DNA of 64,000 nt, taken from a virus (lineage: Duplodnaviria > Heunggongvirae > Uroviricota > Caudoviricetes). This document shows positions 53,068-62,281 of the stretch, in pieces. Where the stretch lies: positions 53,516 to 117,515 of the IMG/VR virus record IMGVR_UViG_3300036828_000767. The stretch is one strand, 5' to 3'. Each line of letters opens with the position of its first letter. Position 1 is the stretch's first letter. Below the pieces are notes generated by a model. That model did not search any database. It saw nothing but the letters and a program-made list of their open reading frames with translations, and had not been told where the DNA came from. The position numbers and the translations under genes were made by a program.

Positions 53068-53601
53068 GTGCCAGCTTGGGCAGAAGAAACGATTCCCAGC
53101 GTGAAGCTGGCCTGGGCGGCTGCCGTTCTTGACATGAAAGGCACCATCATCATCAAGAGCAACAAGACCAGAGCGACGCCGCAAATAGTTCTCATGGTGG
53201 AAAGCACCCACGTCGGTGTCGTGGCGGAACTGGGCCGTCTTACCGGTTCAACAATCGAACCAAAGGAAGCCCGGTTCCGCCCGGCGTGGATGCGCCGCGG
53301 CTGCATCACCCACTGCCCCGAACCTGACATCGAGTACCCCGAGCAGCCGGACTACCTGCCCGCGCAAACCAGGTGGACGGTGACCGGCGCGGCTGCTGCA
53401 ATAGTCCTGCACAACGTCATCCCCTACATGGTGACCGACAAGGGCATGCAGACTGCCCTTGATGAAATCCTGGGGAACGTCAACCTTCAGGGCCGGTCCG
53501 GTAACTCGGCCAGGCAGGCAGTCGCCCGGCTCGCTGGGCTGGGCTGGGTTCTGCCTCCGCTGATCGCAAGACAGGCCGACTCGATAGCCCTGAACCGATA
53601 G
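53068..53601 (+). CDS. hypothetical protein (possible LAGLIDADG-like fold)
   Basis: GTG after RBS gaaagga; LAWAAAVLDMKGTIIIK loosely resembles the LAGLIDADG helix-strand; weak. Confidence 0.35.
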   Translation: MPAWAEETIPSVKLAWAAAVLDMKGTIIIKSNKTRATPQIVLMVESTHVGVVAELGRLTGSTIEPKEARFRPAWMRRGCITHCPEPDIEYPEQPDYLPAQTRWTVTGAAAAIVLHNVIPYMVTDKGMQTALDEILGNVNLQGRSGNSARQAVARLAGLGWVLPPLIARQADSIALNR

Positions 53602-53614
53602 ATAGGACTTGCCT

Positions 53615-53755
53615 ATGTACTGCGCTATTTGTGGCACGCCCGTGTTCGAAGCGTACGGATACTGGTTCCATGACGTGGAGCCCCGGTACGTTGCCACCCC
53701 TGCCCGGTCGGTCACCGACCACAAGGGCAACGTCATCAGCCTGCCGGAGCTGTGA
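53615..53755 (+). CDS. 46-aa CxxC protein
   Basis: Below ORF-track size cutoff; fills intergenic gap. Confidence 0.25.
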   Translation: MYCAICGTPVFEAYGYWFHDVEPRYVATPARSVTDHKGNVISLPEL

Positions 53756-53931
53756 TGACAAAGGGCGCCAGCAATATCATTGCGGCCGTGTTTGTGCTGC
53801 TTCTCCTGCTGCTCACTGTTTCTGTGGGCGTGCAGATATGGCGGACGGTTACCTACAGTCCGGCTCCTGCGACGTGCGTGAATGTCATCCTCAGCGGCAC
53901 CCATGAACCGATTGTGAGGACGTGCCCATGA
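53755..53931 (+). CDS. small membrane protein (58 aa)
   Basis: ATGA coupling; Leu-rich helix. Confidence 0.35.
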   Translation: MTKGASNIIAAVFVLLLLLLTVSVGVQIWRTVTYSPAPATCVNVILSGTHEPIVRTCP

Positions 53932-54329
53932 TGCGTTCTGCGTTTAACATGCCAGAAGGCGTGCTTTCCATGGAAGCCGAAATGGTTGAGGCGCCTTCCA
54001 TGGGCGGCGGCCCTGACCATAACTGGACGTACACCGACAAACTGGGCCACGACCACTATTACGACGGCTACCCTGTGCCGTACCCGACACTCGTGGACGT
54101 CAGCGATGGCACCTACTACTGCGCAGACTGCCACGACGAGCACGACAGGAGCCACCTGGAATGCCGTATCTGTGGCGAGGAAATTGAACCTGCCGTACGG
54201 GGTGGGAACACGTTCATGCAGTGGGTTCCTGGCCGCAGGCGGTTCACGCTGGACGGCGCGGAGATTACCGAGGCGCGGTTCAACGAGTTGCTGAGCCGCT
54301 ACACCGTTACACCCAGCGGGGGGGAGTAG
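53928..54329 (+). CDS. Cys/His-rich hypothetical protein
   Basis: ATGATG coupling; alternative GTG 53922. Confidence 0.45.
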   Translation: MMRSAFNMPEGVLSMEAEMVEAPSMGGGPDHNWTYTDKLGHDHYYDGYPVPYPTLVDVSDGTYYCADCHDEHDRSHLECRICGEEIEPAVRGGNTFMQWVPGRRRFTLDGAEITEARFNELLSRYTVTPSGGE

Positions 54330-54442
54330 TCTTGGAGGCCCGGCGGGTGGTCAAAGGCAGGGACAGCCTTCGGTCGAGCGCAAGCTCCCGTAATGTTCAC
54401 GCGGCTCGCCCGCGACGTGGTGGTTGGGTGGCTGCCCGCTGG

Positions 54443-54494
54443 GGGAGGCGTCAGCATCGTTACGGGGAAGAACGGTGCTGACGCCCTCCTTTTT
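54443..54494 (+). terminator. intrinsic terminator (13-bp stem ggaggcgtcagca / tgctgacgccctcc + T5)
   Basis: Perfect stem followed by tttttcc. Confidence 0.6.
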
Positions 54495-54528
54495 CCGTGG
54501 AACCAGGTACTTGCGCTCGTTAACGGCG

Positions 54529-54541
54529 TGTAGTATACTAG
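54529..54541 (+). promoter_or_regulatory. extended -10 promoter-like motif tgtagTATACTag plus conserved ctgaccaccacca leader
   Basis: Leader shares the accaccacca element with the 30311 copy. Confidence 0.5.
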
Positions 54542-54639
54542 AAACCTGACCACCACCATGTCCCCATTCAGGGAGGCGAAGCCACATGCACCCTATCCTC
54601 ATATAAAGCCAGGCAGTAAGCAACAACCGAGGGGTCGTC

Positions 54640-54969
54640 ATGACCAAGCCGCTGATGCGCTCATTCCACCGCCTATGGGACCTGCCGGAGTGGATGCAGG
54701 AAGGAACCTGCGTCTTCGAAGGCGACCCTGATTGGTGGTTCCCTGAGAAAGGCGGCCCGGTGGCCATCCTGGAATCACGCCAGGCGGTCCGCATCTGCGA
54801 CCGCTGCCCAGTCCGCACCGAATGCCTCACTTACGCAGACGAACACCATGAACGAGGCATCTGGGGCGGGCTCACCGAACAGCAACGAACCTTGCGCCGC
54901 CGGAACATCCGGCGGCGGCATTCAGACACCGAAAGGCTCCACCTATGTTCGCTCTCGTCATCGTCTTGA
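54640..54969 (+). CDS. WhiB-family transcription factor
   Basis: Four Cys (C..C......C.C....C pattern with CDRCPVRTEC) and GIWGG turn motif. Confidence 0.6.
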   Translation: MTKPLMRSFHRLWDLPEWMQEGTCVFEGDPDWWFPEKGGPVAILESRQAVRICDRCPVRTECLTYADEHHERGIWGGLTEQQRTLRRRNIRRRHSDTERLHLCSLSSSS

Positions 54970-55901
54970 TCCTCGGCCTCATCGTGGTCGCGGGTATCGC
55001 CTACGCGGTCTTCGGTCCCAAACCGGTGCCAGCCACCGACAGATACGGCCACGACGGACGGCCCGCCACCCGGTGGGTCGGCGCCGTCGTCGCGGGTGTC
55101 GCGTTCATCCTCGGCGCCGCGGTCCTGTTCGGCAGCATGTACACACCGGTCGGCACCTCCGACGTCGCTGTCGTCACCTCGTTCGGCCACACCGACGGCG
55201 ACCTCCAGTCCGGCGTCCACCTGACCGCGCCGTGGCAGGACACCACCACCTGGGACCACTCCGTGCAGCGGACCAGCTTCGAAGGCAAGAACTGCCTCCA
55301 GGTGCGTATCTTCGGCGGGCAGACCGCATGCCTCCCCACGGTGATCCAGTGGCAGGCCGTCCCAGCCGCTGCGGACAGCCAGTTCAAGCGGTTCCGCACG
55401 TTCCTGCGGATGCAGGCCGCATACATGTCCGCCTCCACCATCGTCGGCTTCTTCAACAACTCGTTCGAAACGTTCAACCCGATCACCACCGCCTCCCTCC
55501 AGGCCAACGGCGGCAAGGGCGGCACCACTGTCACGGCCCTGGTGAAGCAGGTCGCCGGCAGCATGCGAACGTCGTACGCCGGGCAGGTGAACATTGAGCG
55601 GATCACTGTCGGGACGCCGCAGTACAGCCAGTACGTGGACGGCCAGCTCGGCAAGGTCGTCGGTGCGAAGGTCGGCCTGGAAACCGCAACGATCAACGCG
55701 CAGACCGCCGTTCAGGAAGCCAACGCGGCGAAGAACCTTCAGAGCGGCGGTCACTTGTCGCCGCTGGTGGTGCTCCAGAACTGTGTTGACACCGTTAAGG
55801 CCCTGGCGCAGGCCGGGGAGTCCACGGCCCCAACCTTCAATTGCAGCAACCTGTTCGGCGGCAGCGGCATCAGCGCCAGCGTCCTGCTCGGCGGCAAGTA
55901 G
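54945..55901 (+). CDS. SPFH/band-7 domain membrane protein
   Basis: N-terminal TM then DVAVVTSFGHTDGDLQSGVHLTAPWQ resembling the SPFH core; 25-nt overlap with whiB-like gene. Confidence 0.5.
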   Translation: MFALVIVLILGLIVVAGIAYAVFGPKPVPATDRYGHDGRPATRWVGAVVAGVAFILGAAVLFGSMYTPVGTSDVAVVTSFGHTDGDLQSGVHLTAPWQDTTTWDHSVQRTSFEGKNCLQVRIFGGQTACLPTVIQWQAVPAAADSQFKRFRTFLRMQAAYMSASTIVGFFNNSFETFNPITTASLQANGGKGGTTVTALVKQVAGSMRTSYAGQVNIERITVGTPQYSQYVDGQLGKVVGAKVGLETATINAQTAVQEANAAKNLQSGGHLSPLVVLQNCVDTVKALAQAGESTAPTFNCSNLFGGSGISASVLLGGK

Positions 55902-55972
55902 ACCCCTTCCCCGGTACCGGCCCCTTGGCTGGTCCCCGGACCTGCGGCGGGAATAGGGACTAGGGCTCATAA

Positions 55973-56192
55973 AATGCGTCGCATTAGAGTCATGGTCGCG
56001 AAACTGCCTAAATAGTCCGGCTAGGGGTCGCAGGGCTGTGTCGGCCGGCCCGGGGAAGGTTAAACCCCTGGTGGGCGGGTTGTGGTGTCTCCCCGCCCAC
56101 CAGGCCAGAAGTCCCCTGCTGTTATGGCGATGGGGACACGTCCCGCCGGTGCATGGAGAGGCTGGGGAGTCACATTCGTGCACCGGCGGGAC
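55973..56192. promoter_or_regulatory. dyad-rich upstream region: palindrome AATGCGTCGCATT, 9-bp and 14-bp inverted repeats
   Basis: Symmetric elements read directly; lie upstream of the secreted-protein gene. Confidence 0.3.
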
Positions 56193-56240
56193 ACCACGCA
56201 CCTGGCAGCTCAGAAGCTGCCGAAGAAAGAGGAGGAAACG

Positions 56241-56939
56241 ATGATCAAGAGATTCCTGATGGTGCTGGCGATCCCCCTGGCCATGGTCGGGATGACGCTG
56301 GCACCCTCCGCGCAGGCCACGGCAGGCACGCACACGGCCTGCACAATCAGCATCAAGGTGGACCACTTCAACGGGTCGGCCACCCAGGACGGGTTCGTTG
56401 ACGCCCATGGGCGGTCCTGCTCGGAGACCTACAACTCGTGGGCGTTTTTCGGCACGCCGACCAACGCGCTGAAGCACGGACGCGGCACGACCAGCACCAA
56501 CGGGTCCGCCATCAGTGCCCAGGGAAACCCGCTGTACGGCGGGTTTGACCGCTGGCAGCACAACGGCACCGAACACACCTACTGCACCTTCGGATGCCTG
56601 CTGTTCCACAAGGCGGGCATCCGGCTGGCCGCTTTCCAGCGGAAGTGCAGGCCCGGCTGGGACGACAACGTCAACACCAACAACCTGACCGGCGCATACG
56701 CCCAGGCCGACTGGGAGACCTCCGGGTGCACCACGGAAATGCAGGTGAAGATCATCTGCCGCAACGTGGTCACCAACCAGTTGTACAACCGGCTCTCCGG
56801 CAGCGTCACCGGCGAGGAGCACGAGGACCGTGCCACCTGCGGCGTCCCGGACTCGATCGAAGCGGCACTGATCAGCTTCAACGACGGGTCGTTCACCGAG
56901 TTCTGGCCTTCACGAAAGGTGCTAAGCCTCGCGGCTTAG
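56241..56939 (+). CDS. secreted Cys-containing protein, function unknown
   Basis: RBS gaaagaggaggaaacg; signal peptide MIKRFLMVLAIPLAMVGMTLAPSAQA. Confidence 0.5.
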   Translation: MIKRFLMVLAIPLAMVGMTLAPSAQATAGTHTACTISIKVDHFNGSATQDGFVDAHGRSCSETYNSWAFFGTPTNALKHGRGTTSTNGSAISAQGNPLYGGFDRWQHNGTEHTYCTFGCLLFHKAGIRLAAFQRKCRPGWDDNVNTNNLTGAYAQADWETSGCTTEMQVKIICRNVVTNQLYNRLSGSVTGEEHEDRATCGVPDSIEAALISFNDGSFTEFWPSRKVLSLAA

Positions 56940-56966
56940 TCCTTGGCAAGTGGGTGACTGAAGCCG

Positions 56967-57206
56967 ATGCAAGCGATTCTGCGTTCCCGTATCCGCCGCG
57001 GCAAGCACGACATCAGGGCACCCACGCGCATCGAAGTGAGCTTCACCCTCCTCGGCGTCACCGAAGCCGACTTCACCCGGGACGGCAAGTATGACGCCGA
57101 GGAGGCCCGCCAGTACGCACTGGTTAAGTTCGCCGAACAGTTCGGCGCCGATTTCGCTGCGATGGCACTAAGCCGGCAGGCTATCTGGACGATGGATGTG
57201 ATCTGA
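56967..57206 (+). CDS. hypothetical protein
   Basis: ORF-track ORF. Confidence 0.4.
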   Translation: MQAILRSRIRRGKHDIRAPTRIEVSFTLLGVTEADFTRDGKYDAEEARQYALVKFAEQFGADFAAMALSRQAIWTMDVI

Positions 57207-57207
57207 A

Positions 57208-57417
57208 ATGCCTGATCTTCTCGCCGTGGGGGTGTTCATCTTCCTCGTCGGCGTCGTCGCGATCGTGATTCTCGGCCTGGCGTACCACTCCCGCCGGGCA
57301 CGCGCAGCGAAAGCCGAGCAAACCTTGTACGAGGTGTACCGCTACGCCCGCGACCGCGCCGACGTGGAACCGGTCGCGGCTGCTATCGCGGACACCATCC
57401 AGCAGGCCGGGTTTTGA
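57208..57417 (+). CDS. small membrane protein
   Basis: TM helix VGVFIFLVGVVAIVILGLA. Confidence 0.45.
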   Translation: MPDLLAVGVFIFLVGVVAIVILGLAYHSRRARAAKAEQTLYEVYRYARDRADVEPVAAAIADTIQQAGF

Positions 57418-57908
57418 TGACGAGCCGGGGTAGCTCAGATGCGGAGAGCGCTGTTCAGATGAAGCAGAGGCCGGTGACTCGCAAACACCCCCCGGCACTA
57501 ATAGTGAAATGGCATGAACGTCTCGGGCTCCCGGAATGCCCGTACGTGCACCGTTGGCGCCTTGAACTTCGAGGCGCCGGTTCCCTGCGCGTCCACCACT
57601 GGACAGGCAACGACGACAACCGCGCCTTCCACGACCACGCCTGGTGGTTCTGGACACTCGTCGTCAAAGGCGGCTACACCGACAACCATCCAGGCGGCTT
57701 CGAGATTCTCCGCGCACCCGCCCTTCGTTACCGCCCAGCGGAGTACCAGCACGCCGTGTTCCCGCACGAAGGCGGAGCGTGGACCATCCTGCTCACCGGC
57801 CCGAAGGTCCGCAACTGGGGCTTCTGGGAGAACCTAGCCGACGGGCGGGTCAAGTTCCGCAAGGCCCGCCGCTGGTTCGAGTCGAAAGGACATCACCCAT
57901 GCGACTGA
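57414..57908 (+). CDS. hypothetical protein
   Basis: ATGA coupling. Confidence 0.45.
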   Translation: MMTSRGSSDAESAVQMKQRPVTRKHPPALIVKWHERLGLPECPYVHRWRLELRGAGSLRVHHWTGNDDNRAFHDHAWWFWTLVVKGGYTDNHPGGFEILRAPALRYRPAEYQHAVFPHEGGAWTILLTGPKVRNWGFWENLADGRVKFRKARRWFESKGHHPCD

Positions 57909-57927
57909 AGTTCGCCCAGGTCACAGG

Positions 57928-57984
57928 CACTGTCAGGGAGCAGCAAGCCTCCCCTTCGGGGGGTGGTGCCACTCCCTGACAGTG
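57928..57984 (+). terminator. 13-bp-stem hairpin with nested CUUCGG-type tetraloop hairpin, no U-tract
   Basis: cactgtcagggag...cctccccttcgggggg...ctccctgacagtg. Confidence 0.3.
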
Positions 57985-58106
57985 CGTTACGGCACGAAAA
58001 CATCACGAGACGTTCACCGGGGTGTTATCTTGCCGTGGTTGGGCGCACGCAACCCCCGCCGACCAAAGCCGGGCTGCTTGCGCGTCGATACGTCGTGAGG
58101 ATATCA

Positions 58107-58583
58107 ATGTCCAGGCGTTTTCTGTACGCCCTCGTCGTTGTATTCGTAGCGTTTTCTTCCCTGGTTGCGCCGGTGTTTCTTACCGCGGCGACCGCCGCCG
58201 CGGCTGTCCGTGGCCAGGTTCCCCCTCCCGGTGGCATCCCGCACTGGGTCGCCGCAGCCGGGGCCGTGTTTTTCGCCGGGTCGCTGCTCGTCACCATCAA
58301 GCTGCTGCGTGACCGGCGGCGTGACCGTGACCTGTCCAGCCGCGGTGACCCGTGGCCCGGGTGGGCGCACGCGGACGGCAAAACCGCTCCCGAAGCAATC
58401 ACAAGCCCCGACCTTCCCGCAGTGAAAGACCTTGAACCTGAGCCTGTCCTGACCGGCGTGGTGGTGACGGACTGGGCGGTCGCCATGACTGCCCCCGCAC
58501 CGCCGATCGTTGCGACGCCGACCGCACCCGAAGTCGCTGAACAGTGGATCAGGCAGGAGCTGTCCCCGGCGGCCCAGCAATGA
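58107..58583 (+). CDS. membrane protein
   Basis: RBS gaggatatca; two TM helices. Confidence 0.45.
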   Translation: MSRRFLYALVVVFVAFSSLVAPVFLTAATAAAAVRGQVPPPGGIPHWVAAAGAVFFAGSLLVTIKLLRDRRRDRDLSSRGDPWPGWAHADGKTAPEAITSPDLPAVKDLEPEPVLTGVVVTDWAVAMTAPAPPIVATPTAPEVAEQWIRQELSPAAQQ

Positions 58584-59389
58584 GGCCCTGGCTGGCGGTC
58601 ATCCCGTCCGCGGGTGGCCTGGTGGTCAGCCTCGCGGCGCTCACAACCAGCACCCCTTCGCTGCTCGCCCAGGCTGCTTACGCGCAGTCGTTCACCACCG
58701 TGACACCGGTGCAGGCTGACCCGTGGACACGGCCTGCCGTGCAGCAGGAAGTCCGCGCCGAGGCCGCGAACAGCTTCATGGTCCGCGAGGGGGCCTTGCG
58801 GGCACGGGTCGCGTTGCTTGCCCGGAGGGAAGCGGCTCAGGATGAAGCCGCCCGGGACGAAGCCGCCCGGGACGAAGCGGTGCAGGACCAGCGGCAGGCT
58901 GCACGCGCTGCTGCTGCGCTGGCCGCACGTCAGGCCGCTGCTGCTACTAGTGCGCCTGCTGCGCCGCCGGCCGGTTCCACCACCGCCGCGCCGGGCTGCC
59001 CGATGCACGCGCTGGGTGCGATGGGCCGCGTCGATGAAGGCGTGGACTACGCAGGCGCCGGCCCGGTGTACGCCCTCGGTTCCGGTGTCGTCACCGAGGT
59101 GAACGGCGCCTCCGGGTGGCCTGGTGGCATGTTCATCGCCTACACCTACGGCGGCAGCTACGTGTACGTCGCCGAAGACGTCACCGCGGCGGTGTCCGTC
59201 GGGGAGCATGTCTCATCGGGAACCGTCATCGGTAACGCCTACGGCGGCGGTTCCGGGATCGAGACCGGGTGGGCGATGCCGCCAGGGACGATTCCCGAGG
59301 CCGCGGCGTACAACCATTACACCGACGGTGTGCCCACGCAGGAGGGTTACAACTTCCAGTCGGTTCTCCGTGGCATGGGCTGCGGCTGA
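58580..59389 (+). CDS. secreted coiled-coil protein with degenerate LytM/M23-like C-terminal domain
   Basis: Signal peptide; EAAQDEAARDEA repeats; C-terminus resembles M23 but lacks the catalytic His residues. Confidence 0.45.
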   Translation: MRPWLAVIPSAGGLVVSLAALTTSTPSLLAQAAYAQSFTTVTPVQADPWTRPAVQQEVRAEAANSFMVREGALRARVALLARREAAQDEAARDEAARDEAVQDQRQAARAAAALAARQAAAATSAPAAPPAGSTTAAPGCPMHALGAMGRVDEGVDYAGAGPVYALGSGVVTEVNGASGWPGGMFIAYTYGGSYVYVAEDVTAAVSVGEHVSSGTVIGNAYGGGSGIETGWAMPPGTIPEAAAYNHYTDGVPTQEGYNFQSVLRGMGCG

Positions 59390-60006
59390 TGCGCGCGCTG
59401 AGGTGGTTCGCCGTTCTCCCGTCCGCCGGTGGGCTCGCTGTGAGCCTGATGGCGTTGACCGCTGGTCTTCCTGCGGCGTCCGCGGTGGACGCTATCGGGG
59501 TGCGGTCGCCGGTGACGGTTGCTGCTGGCCCGGTAACACCCAGCCTGGCCACTGAACACCAGCGTTACCTGAGCAGGCTGGGCACACTGGAACGCCGCGC
59601 TGAACGCCGCGCCGACCAGGAAGCCGCGCAGGACCGGCGGGCCGAAGCCGCCCAGGACCAGCGTCAGGCCGCCCGCCAGGCAGCAAGGCGCGCAGCAGCA
59701 GCAGCCAGACGCGCAGCCGCTGCCGTTGTTCCGAGCGCCGCTCCTTCTGGACAGGTCGGTACCGGTGGGATGGGTGGTTTCGAAGCCTGTGTCATCGCTG
59801 CTGAGAGTGGCGGTAACCCTCGGGCATACAACTCCTCCAGTGGTGCCAGTGGGCTATTCGGATTTTTGCTCACAACTTGGGACAGTCTCAATCTTGGCTA
59901 CCCCGGTGGAGCGTCCACTGCGCCTGCGACTGTCCAAGAACAGGGATTCGCCATCGAGTACGCCAGGGCAGGGGTCGCACCCTGGGCTGCCTATGATGGT
60001 TGCTAG
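59389..60006 (+). CDS. secreted Rpf-like transglycosylase (resuscitation-promoting-factor-type lysozyme-like domain)
   Basis: Signal peptide; coiled-coil; C-terminus FEACVIAAESGGNPRAYNSSSGASGLFGF..TW matches the Rpf core (CESGGNW..N..GL.Q....TW). Confidence 0.5.
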   Translation: MRALRWFAVLPSAGGLAVSLMALTAGLPAASAVDAIGVRSPVTVAAGPVTPSLATEHQRYLSRLGTLERRAERRADQEAAQDRRAEAAQDQRQAARQAARRAAAAARRAAAAVVPSAAPSGQVGTGGMGGFEACVIAAESGGNPRAYNSSSGASGLFGFLLTTWDSLNLGYPGGASTAPATVQEQGFAIEYARAGVAPWAAYDGC

Positions 60007-60029
60007 GTAGAATCTGATAGAGTTGGGGG

Positions 60030-60635
60030 ATGCCGCCCACCGGGAACATCCCCCAACTCCAGATCACCGCCGGGCAGCGAATCGGCCGCAGCGTGGTGAC
60101 ACGAACCGGCCTGCGAACAGGATCGCGCAACCTGCCGGCAGCCGAACTGCTATGCGATTGCGGACAACGGTATATCAAGCCTCTGGGACGGCTGCGCGAA
60201 GCAGCGCGTGGCCGGGGGGGGGCGAAGTCATGCGGCTGCCTGCGCCGGGAGACAGGCAGCCGCAACCCGGTAATGCTTAGAACAACGCACGGCCTGGAAA
60301 GCCACCCCCTCTATCCAACCTGGTACAAGATTCGGGATCGTTGTGAAAATCCGGCGAACCCGCGGTACCAGGATTACGGCGGCCGGGGCATCAGGCTCCA
60401 TGGGCCGTGGCACGACGTGCGCGTGTTTATCGAAGACATCGAAGCAACCATCGGCCCGCGTCCACCAGGCAGGAGCCCAAGCGGGAAACGTCCTGCCTTC
60501 ACCTTGGACAGGGCCGACAATAACCGGGGGTATGAGCCAGGCAACGTGCGCTGGGCAACTTGGCATGAACAGCGTGTCAACCGGCGGACCGTGAGAAAGG
60601 AAGGTGCCGCAATGCGCAGTTCGAGCTGGGGCTAG
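60030..60635 (+). CDS. HNH_3-type homing-endonuclease-like protein with N-terminal Cys4 zinc finger
   Basis: CDCG...CGC then HPLY..W..I..RC.NP.N..Y..YGGRGI.....W and LDRADNNRGYEPGNVRWAT; paralog of 60785..61348. Confidence 0.5.
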   Translation: MPPTGNIPQLQITAGQRIGRSVVTRTGLRTGSRNLPAAELLCDCGQRYIKPLGRLREAARGRGGAKSCGCLRRETGSRNPVMLRTTHGLESHPLYPTWYKIRDRCENPANPRYQDYGGRGIRLHGPWHDVRVFIEDIEATIGPRPPGRSPSGKRPAFTLDRADNNRGYEPGNVRWATWHEQRVNRRTVRKEGAAMRSSSWG

Positions 60636-60719
60636 ACAACCGGGTAGCAACCGGTGGTGTCCGGCGATTGCACGTAGGAGCCGTCCTGCCTTAACGGATC
60701 GGGGCAACGTGTGTTAAAT

Positions 60720-60785
60720 GTACGGGCCGCGCGCTTCCAGCGCATGGCGCGCGGCCCGTACGCAGTCCGGGTAGGCTATTTTCCG
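60720..60785 (+). terminator. 15-bp perfect inverted repeat (gtacgggccgcgcgc...gcgcgcggcccgtac) followed by tatttt
   Basis: Between the two paralogous HNH_3 genes. Confidence 0.35.
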
Positions 60786-61348
60786 TGAGCCGGCCTTTTG
60801 TACCACCCCGGTCTGGTGAACGGTTCGGCAGGTGGACCGTCGCCGGCACGCTGGGCCAAACTTCCCCCGGCCACCGCACTGTTCTTTGTGTCTGCGACTG
60901 CGGCACGGAACGGAACGTTCTCGTTGACCAGCTTCGCAAAGGCCGTTCAAGGTCTTGTGGCTGTTTCCGGGCGGAAATGACCAGGACGCTTATCACCCGG
61001 ACACGGTGGAAAGGCTCCCACGGGATGCGTTACCACCCGTTGTACGGCATTTGGCAGGGGATTATGGCCAGGTGTTACCGGGAACAAGACGCCCACTACC
61101 CCCGGTGGGGCGGGCGGGGTATCAGGGTGTTCGAACCGTGGCATGACGTGCGCGTGTTCATCGCCTGGATTGAGGGAAACCTGGGTGACCGCCCGCCGCG
61201 GGCGTCGCTGGACCGGTGGCCGGACAACGACGGCAACTATGAGCCAGGCAACGTACGGTGGGCGACCGCGCGGCAGCAGCAGGAGACCACCAGGCTTCGC
61301 AGAGGGACCGACGGCCGGTTCTACGCGGTCAAGGAAGGGACACGGTAA
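60785..61348 (+). CDS. HNH_3-type homing-endonuclease-like protein (paralog)
   Basis: CVCDCG...CGC, HPLYGIW..I..RC, YGGRGIRVFEPW, LDRWPDNDGNYEPGNVRWAT. Confidence 0.5.
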   Translation: MSRPFVPPRSGERFGRWTVAGTLGQTSPGHRTVLCVCDCGTERNVLVDQLRKGRSRSCGCFRAEMTRTLITRTRWKGSHGMRYHPLYGIWQGIMARCYREQDAHYPRWGGRGIRVFEPWHDVRVFIAWIEGNLGDRPPRASLDRWPDNDGNYEPGNVRWATARQQQETTRLRRGTDGRFYAVKEGTR

Positions 61349-61429
61349 GATCGTGACCTAACCAACCGACAGGCCAAAACCGACCCGACCGGCCCTTCCC
61401 GGCCCGTGCGACTACCTTGGCGGTTCTCC

Positions 61430-62275
61430 ATGAAGAAGCGAATGCTTGCCGTGGCAACTGCGGCAGTGACAGCCGGTCTGCTGTTCCTGCCTGCCTCCTC
61501 TGTCGCTAGCCCTGGGAACAGTAACCCGCCGCTCCCGCAGATGGCGATACCCATGGGTCATGGGTCCGGGTTGTCACCGATCGAGTCGCCGTCATATGCC
61601 GGTTACGTGCTGACGGGTGGTCCCGGCTTCACATTCGTGAACACGCGGCTGACCCTCCCCACGATCACCTGCACGCAGCAGACGCTGGAACCGGAAGTGC
61701 TGCACTTTGTGGGGCTTGGCGGCTGGGGCAGCGACCCTGATTTCGCCGGGGTCAACGTAGTCGAGGCGTGCAACTCGGCGGCACAGCCTCTTTACTTCGC
61801 CTACTACGCAGACGACTGGACGAATAATGATAACTCGCCCAATATTCCGTTTTTCAGCAGCACCGGCACGGGTCCGCTGGCGCTTAACCCGGGCGACGAC
61901 CTGTATCTGTCGGTGAACTACAGCACGGCCGCGGACACTTACACCTTCAAGCTGAACGACGTGACCACCGGCATCACCTATTCCACGACGGTGAGCTGCA
62001 CCGAATGCGCCACGGTCACCGCAGAGGTGATGACGGAAACGTTCCAGAACACGGCCGGAGCGCATGCCCCGAACTTTGGCACTGCCAGCTTCAGCCAGGC
62101 CCATGCGCAGGACGTCAACCAGATGTCACCTGGCGTGCTTGACCAGTCGCCGTGGACAACGAATCAGGTCATCGACTACGGCACCAGCCAGTCGGACACT
62201 GTGGTGCTATCGTCGTCGCTTACGGACACTATGTCCGGCTCTGCGTTCACCAACACCTGGGAACATGGCAGTTAG
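61430..62275 (+). CDS. secreted peptidase A4 (glutamic peptidase G1)-like protein
   Basis: Signal peptide MKKRMLAVATAAVTAGLLFLPASSVASP; HFVGLGGWG (cf. A4 SxWVGIDG) and TAEVMTETFQ (cf. TAEWIvE); alternative GTG 61406. Confidence 0.45.
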   Translation: MKKRMLAVATAAVTAGLLFLPASSVASPGNSNPPLPQMAIPMGHGSGLSPIESPSYAGYVLTGGPGFTFVNTRLTLPTITCTQQTLEPEVLHFVGLGGWGSDPDFAGVNVVEACNSAAQPLYFAYYADDWTNNDNSPNIPFFSSTGTGPLALNPGDDLYLSVNYSTAADTYTFKLNDVTTGITYSTTVSCTECATVTAEVMTETFQNTAGAHAPNFGTASFSQAHAQDVNQMSPGVLDQSPWTTNQVIDYGTSQSDTVVLSSSLTDTMSGSAFTNTWEHGS

Positions 62276-62281
62276 GGAGCA

